A stretch of 64,000 nucleotides of DNA from the human T2T-CHM13v2.0 reference genome, Homo sapiens: the NCBI RefSeq assembly GCF_009914755.1, contig NC_060927.1; one strand, given 5' to 3'. The translations under genes were made by a program, and so were the position numbers. This document shows, piece after piece, positions 58,275-64,000 of this stretch (its first letter is position 1; each line of letters begins with the position of its first letter). The notes beneath the pieces are model-generated. The model saw nothing but the letters and a program-made list of their open reading frames with translations, was not told the origin of the DNA and searched no databases.

Positions 58275-58410
58275 AAAGAAAGAAGGGAGAAGAAAAAAAA
58301 GGAAAGGAAAGGAGAAGAAAGGAAAGGGAATGGGAAGAAAGGAAAGGGAAGGGAAGGGAAGGAAAGGGAAAAGGGGAGTAAACAGGAAAGGAAAGCAGAA
58401 GAAAGAAAAT
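58275..58410. repeat. Polypurine (GGAAA/GGAAG)n tract
   Basis: Directly visible purine-rich mirror repeats. Confidence 0.9.
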
Positions 58411-58420
58411 GTCATATTTT

Positions 58421-59470
58421 AACAAAGAATTCATGACTAAGACCCCAAAAGCACAAGCAACAAAAACAAAAATAGACAAATGGTACATAATTAAGCTAAA
58501 AAGCTTCCACACAGCAAAAGAAATGATCAAGAGAGTGAACAAACAACCTGCAGAATGGGAGAAAATATTTTAAAAATGTGCATCCAACAAGGGTCTTATA
58601 TGCAGAATATATACAGAACTCAATTCAACAACAAAAATTAACAGTTAATCCCATTAAAAAGTGGGCAAAGTATATGAATAGGTATTTTTGAAAAAAAAGA
58701 CATGCAAATTGTCAACAGGTATGTGAAAAAATGCTCACCATCACTATCATCAGATAAGTGCAAATTAAAACCGCAACAAGATATCATCTTACCCCAGTCA
58801 TAATGGCTATTAGTAAAAAGACAAAAGTAACACCTTGGCAAGGGTGTGGAAAAAAGAAAACTCTTAAACAGTGCTGATGGGAATGTAAATTCGTGCAACC
58901 TCTATGTAAAACACTATGGCAATTTCTCAAATAATTAAAAATAAACCTACCATTTGATCCAGAAATCTTGCTAGAATCTATCAACTCAAAGAAAAAGAAA
59001 TTATTATATTAAAAAATCTGCATTTGTATAAATTTCACAGCACTATTTACAATAGCAAATATATGGAATCAACTTAAGTGTTCATCAATTGATGGTTAGA
59101 TAAAGAAAAGATGGTACACATACACCATGGAATACTATTCTCCCATGAAAAATGGAATCGTCTTTTGCAGCAACATGAATGGAACTGGAGACCATTATCT
59201 CAAGTGAAACAAGTCAGACACAGAAATATAAATATTTCATGTTCTCACAAGTCAGAGCTAAATAATGTTTACAAATGAGTCTAGAGTGTGGAATGATAGA
59301 CAATGAAGACTCAGAAGGGTGTGGGGGTGGGAGAAGGGATGGATAATGAGAAATTACTTAATGTGTACAACATACATTATTTGAATGATGGATACCCTAA
59401 AAGCACTGACTTCACTGTAATACAATCGATGCATGTAACAGAATTTCACTTGTATCCCATAAATTTACAT
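58421..59470 (+). mobile_element. L1PB-like 5'-truncated LINE-1
   Basis: Distal ORF2 and L1PB-type 3' UTR (GGATAATGAGAAATTACTTAATG...CCCATAAATTTAC). Confidence 0.85.
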
Positions 59471-60967
59471 GAATTTTGAAACATGCATGGAACAGTAGAT
59501 AATTATGAAGAGTGCCGGCATCTTTTGAAAATTGAATCATCCAATTCATAAATTTAATATATCCTCTGCTTATTTAGATATTCTTTGATGTTTAGTAGTA
59601 ATACTTATATTTTCTGATGGAATTATTGATGGAATATTTATATAAAATTTGATTCTATCAATTTTTAAAAATTTGCTTCTAAATTTTAGTAGTTTATTGA
59701 CTATTTTGGATTTTTTGAGTATATAACTATGTCATCTGAAAACAGATGCAATTATATTTCATCTTCTTCACTCTCTTTTGTTGCTGGATTTCCCAAAACA
59801 TATGCTAAGTAGAAGTGAACAGTGAACAACCTTGTCTCATTGTCAATTTCAATGTGAAATTCATTATAAAATATCACATTTTCTATATAATTATTTAAGA
59901 TATTCCTTATCAGAATAAAAAGTTCTTAGATATACATCATATGAGTTTCTGTTATAATTTTTTATGAAATATATATCTACATGTATGAGATTGTCATTTA
60001 ATTTTTTTGTTTTGTTTATTAATATAGTTAATTACATTCATTGATTTCCAAATATTAAACTACACTTGCATTACTAGAATAATGTCAGTTTGGGAATTAC
60101 ATGTTATTCTCTTTGAATATCTCTGAATTCTACTTGTTTTAATTAGGTTTTATATCATCTATAATGATGATCGGAATTACTATATAGTTTTCCTTTCCTA
60201 TTAGTAATGTTTTGGTAGCAAAGTTATACTGGCTTTATGTAATGAGCCTGGAGGTGCCCCCAACCCTTAGTTTTCTTCTGGAACAATTTGTGTTATTTCT
60301 TATTTCTTCCCCAAATGTTTAGAAGAATTTACTCTGAAAGCCATCTGGACATTCCTGTGGTAAGATTTTATTTCAGATTCAATCTCTTTAATAGATGTAG
60401 GACTATTTAGATTTTCTATATCATTACATAAGTTATTTTAACATTCTTTATTATCTGTTTTACATTTGAAGGCACCATAGTGGTGTCACATTTCAATTGC
60501 TACTATTAGTAAATTCAGATATCACTCATTTTTTTATAAATATTAATATACTTTTTGAAGAACCATATTTTATCATTATTTTTTATTGTACTTCTGTTTT
60601 CTGGTTAGTCAATTTCTGCTATTATATTTAATTTGTCTTTAATTTTACTTGTGTTAAGTAGAGATTGGTATGCATTTTGATTCCTGAGATGTACACATAA
60701 TTTTTCAGTCATCACTAATATACAAATTGAGACTCTAAAGTTTACAATAACTTTTGGATGGTTCATTTAATATTTTTCAATTTAAAATATTTTTTTCTGA
60801 TTTTAATTGTGATTCATTTTCTAATCTATGAGTTATTTAATAGAAATTACTATTCAATTTCAAAATGTTTGGAGATTTTATTGATTATTTTTATATCCAT
60901 ATTAATTTCATGTGGTTAGAGAGTGTAACTCTGAATTGATTCAGTACTATAAAATTCATTGATTCTT

Positions 60968-62517
60968 CAATATCATTAAAATGGCCATACTGCCCAAAGC
61001 AATTTATAGATTCAATGCTATTGCTACTAAACTACCAATGATATTCTTCATAGAACTAAGAAAAACTATTTTAAAATTCATATGGAACTAAAAAGGCCCC
61101 CGTATAGCCAAGGCAATCCTAAGCAAAAAGAGCAAAGCTGGTGGCAACACTCTACCCAACTTCAAACTTTACTACAGGGCTACAGTAACCAAAACAGCAT
61201 GACACAGGTATGTAGAGAACCCCGAAATAAGGCAGTACACCTGCAACTGTCTGATCTTTGACAAAACTGACAAAAACAGGCAATAGGAAGAAGACTTCCT
61301 ATTCGATAAATGGTGTTGGGATAATCAGCCAGCCATATGCAGAATATTGAAACTAGACCTCTTTCTTACACCATATACAAAAACCAACTCAAGATGGATT
61401 AAAGACTTAAATGTAAAACTCAAAACTATAAAAACCCTGGAAGGCAACCTAGGTGATACCATTCTGGACATAGGAATGGGCAAAAATTTCATCACAAAGA
61501 TGCCAAAAGCAATTGCAACAAAAGCAACAGAGCTTCAGTACAAACAAAAGAAACTATCGGCAGAGTAAACAGCCTATACAGAATGGGAGAAAATTTTTGC
61601 AAACTACGCATCTGACAAATGTCTAATATCCAGCATCTGTAAGGAACTTAAACCAATTTACAAAAAAAAAAAAAGTAACCACATTAAAAAGTGGACAAAG
61701 GACATGTACAGACTCTTTCCAAATGAAGACATCCATGGAGCAAACAATCATACAAAAAAATCTCCGCATGACTGATGATTAGAGAAATGCAATGAGACAC
61801 CATCTTATACCAGTCAGAATGGCTATTACTAAAAAGTCAAAAAATAACAGATGCTGGTGATGTTGTGGAGAAAAAGAAGCATTTATACACTGTTAGCGGG
61901 AATGCAATTTTTTTCAGTCACTGTGGAAAACAGTGTAGCGATTCCTCATGGACCTAAAATAGAAATAGCACTTAACCCAGAAACCCATTACTAGGTATAT
62001 ACCCAAAGAATATAAACTGTTCTGTCATAAAGACACATGCACGTATATGTTCATTGGAGCACTATTCACAACAGCAAAGGCATGGAATAAACCTAAATGC
62101 CCATCAATGGTAGACTGAATAAAGAAAATGTGGTACATATAAACCATGGAGCTGTCTTAAAAATATGGTATCATGTCCTTTGCAGGAACATGGGTGGAGC
62201 CAGAGGCTATTATCCTTAGCAAACTGACTCAGGGACAGAAAACCAAATGCCGCATGTTCTCACTTACAAGCGGGAGGTAAATGATGAGAACACATGGACA
62301 TACAGAGAAGAATAACAGGCACTGGGGCTTATCAGAGGGCGGAGGGTAGAAGGAGGGAGAGGAACAGGAAAAAAAAAAAAAACTAATGGGCACTAGGCTT
62401 AGTACCTAGGTTATGAAATAATCTGCACAACAAACCCCACGACTCAAGTTTACCTGTATAACAAACCTGCACATGTAACCCTGAACTTAAAATGAAAGTT
62501 AAAAATTTAAAGAAGAT
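60968..62517 (+). mobile_element. L1PA13-like 5'-truncated LINE-1
   Basis: ORF2 distal region (ORF 61347-61568 [22 protein letters not shown]); 3' UTR; TSD ATT(C/T)ATTGATTCTT (60954-60967, 62518-62531). Confidence 0.9.
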
Positions 62518-64000
62518 ATTTATTGATTCTTGATTTATGATGCAGACTATAGTAAATGTGCCATGAGAACTGTAGGCAATATGATTTCTATTTTCTTTAT
62601 ATCGTGTTTTGTTGTTATTTTATTCATTTCTTAATGGTGTTTTTCAGGCTTTCTCTATTCCTACAGATTTTTTGTGTATTTTTCATCAGAGAATGAGAAA
62701 ACTTTTTAATCTTTCACTAAGATTGTGAATTGGGCTATCTCTTTTTAGCTGTGATAATTTTTGCTGTATACATTTTGAAACTCTTTTATCACGAGACTAC
62801 TTGTTTATATTTGTTATATCTTACTTGTGAACTCACCTATTTTTGAACATCTGTTTTTCATTTTCTTAACCTTTCTGACATAAAGTCAATTTTGTCTAAC
62901 ATTTGTATATCCATATAAGTTGTCTTTTGGCGTGTGTGTTTATTGTGTATATTTTTATATCTTTTAATATCAACCTTTCTGTTCTCTTATATTTATACTG
63001 TTCTATTATAAGAAATATGCAACTTATTTGTTTTAAGAAAGTCTGAGAATTTTTCCCCTTTAATTGGAGTTTTCAAGCTATTAGATTTAACATAATTGCT
63101 GATTATGTTTACATCTACCATCTTACTATTTGATTTTAATTATCCCTTCCCCATTTTTAATATGTTTTATGGTATTTTTAACTAAAATTTTTATTTTTCA
63201 TTGAAAAATTTTTATGGAAAAATTTTTGAAACATTTTTAGGTTTCAGATGACATGATTTCCCTCTTGGGAAGAGTTACCTTATCCCCTGGTTGAAAGCTA
63301 AATGGAAGGATCCCTTCAATTCAAACAGCGAGTGAGCTGAATGGAGGTAGTGTTTCTGAATTTGTAAAGTTCAAACTATATCATGTTTTCCTTCAATTAA
63401 GCTTTCTCAAGTGGAAGTCTTGAAATTTTACTAGAATACTTCATTTAGGTAGGTCTTGAACGCCAATATTTATCCCCTTAGCAGTCTGAGGCTACTAAAA
63501 TAAATGAATAGTCATAATAACTCACAAACAAAAAATTCTACTCTATTTTTGCTTTCTATTAGCCTCACAAAGCTTAAAATGTTGGTTAATGGCTTCAGGG
63601 GAAAATAATTAAGTCTAAGAACTTCAATGCTTCATAACTGCCTTCTTTTAGGAATCTTGGTCCTTTAGATGCTTGCTGTCTCAGAAACTATCCTATGATT
63701 CTAAATAGACCATAACCAGAAACAAGAATTCACAAATAATTTTTATTCCATGCTTCTGATTTTTTTATAAATGTTTCTGTAAAAGAACTATTCTAAACAC
63801 ATATTTCAGTGAAAATAAATTGAAGGCTGGCCTACAAGAGATAACAGTCTTGAAATCATTTAATCATATTTCAATCTGCAACAAAAAGGCCAAAAATATT
63901 GCCACTCTTTTGTGCCTTGAGTCAAAGTTTGCTAATCAAATTCTGTCTAAATGAAGTAAATAATTGATGCTTAAGAGGTTACCTCCTTGGAGGCATTTTA

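Larger units (their letters stand above)
57320..63230 (-). mobile_element. Very old antisense L1M body hosting two younger L1s
   Basis: T-rich antisense ORF2-like sequence (TTTAATTTTTGTGTATGG, TATGTCATCTGAAAACAGA, CTGAAAGCCATCTGGAC) continuing on both sides of the nested elements. Confidence 0.65.

Overview
AT-rich, CpG-poor primate DNA, most likely human or African ape because L1PA2-type diagnostics are present. It is gene-free intergenic or deep-intronic sequence made largely of interspersed repeats: eight short 5'-truncated L1PA2-PA8 insertions (most with clear TSDs), older L1PA/PB/M elements, six Alus, MaLR elements (THE1, MSTA including a near-complete provirus, MLT1), ERV1/ERVL LTRs, Tigger/hAT MITEs, MIR and L2. 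No intact protein-coding gene, RNA gene or CRISPR array is supported; almost all ORF-track entries come from repeats. The one gene-derived feature is an old, disabled processed pseudogene of TMEM183A (minus strand, ~49568-50553), which has its 5' end but lacks its 3' end. I find no new biological system. The most notable structure is a record of DNA rearrangement: a probable L1-insertion-mediated deletion, two local templated insertions copied from nearby DNA, three twin-priming L1 inversions breaking in the same ~130-nt stretch of ORF2, short candidate 3' transductions and a microhomology deletion in an MSTA provirus. Repeat subfamily names come from recalled consensus sequences and should be confirmed with RepeatMasker/Dfam.
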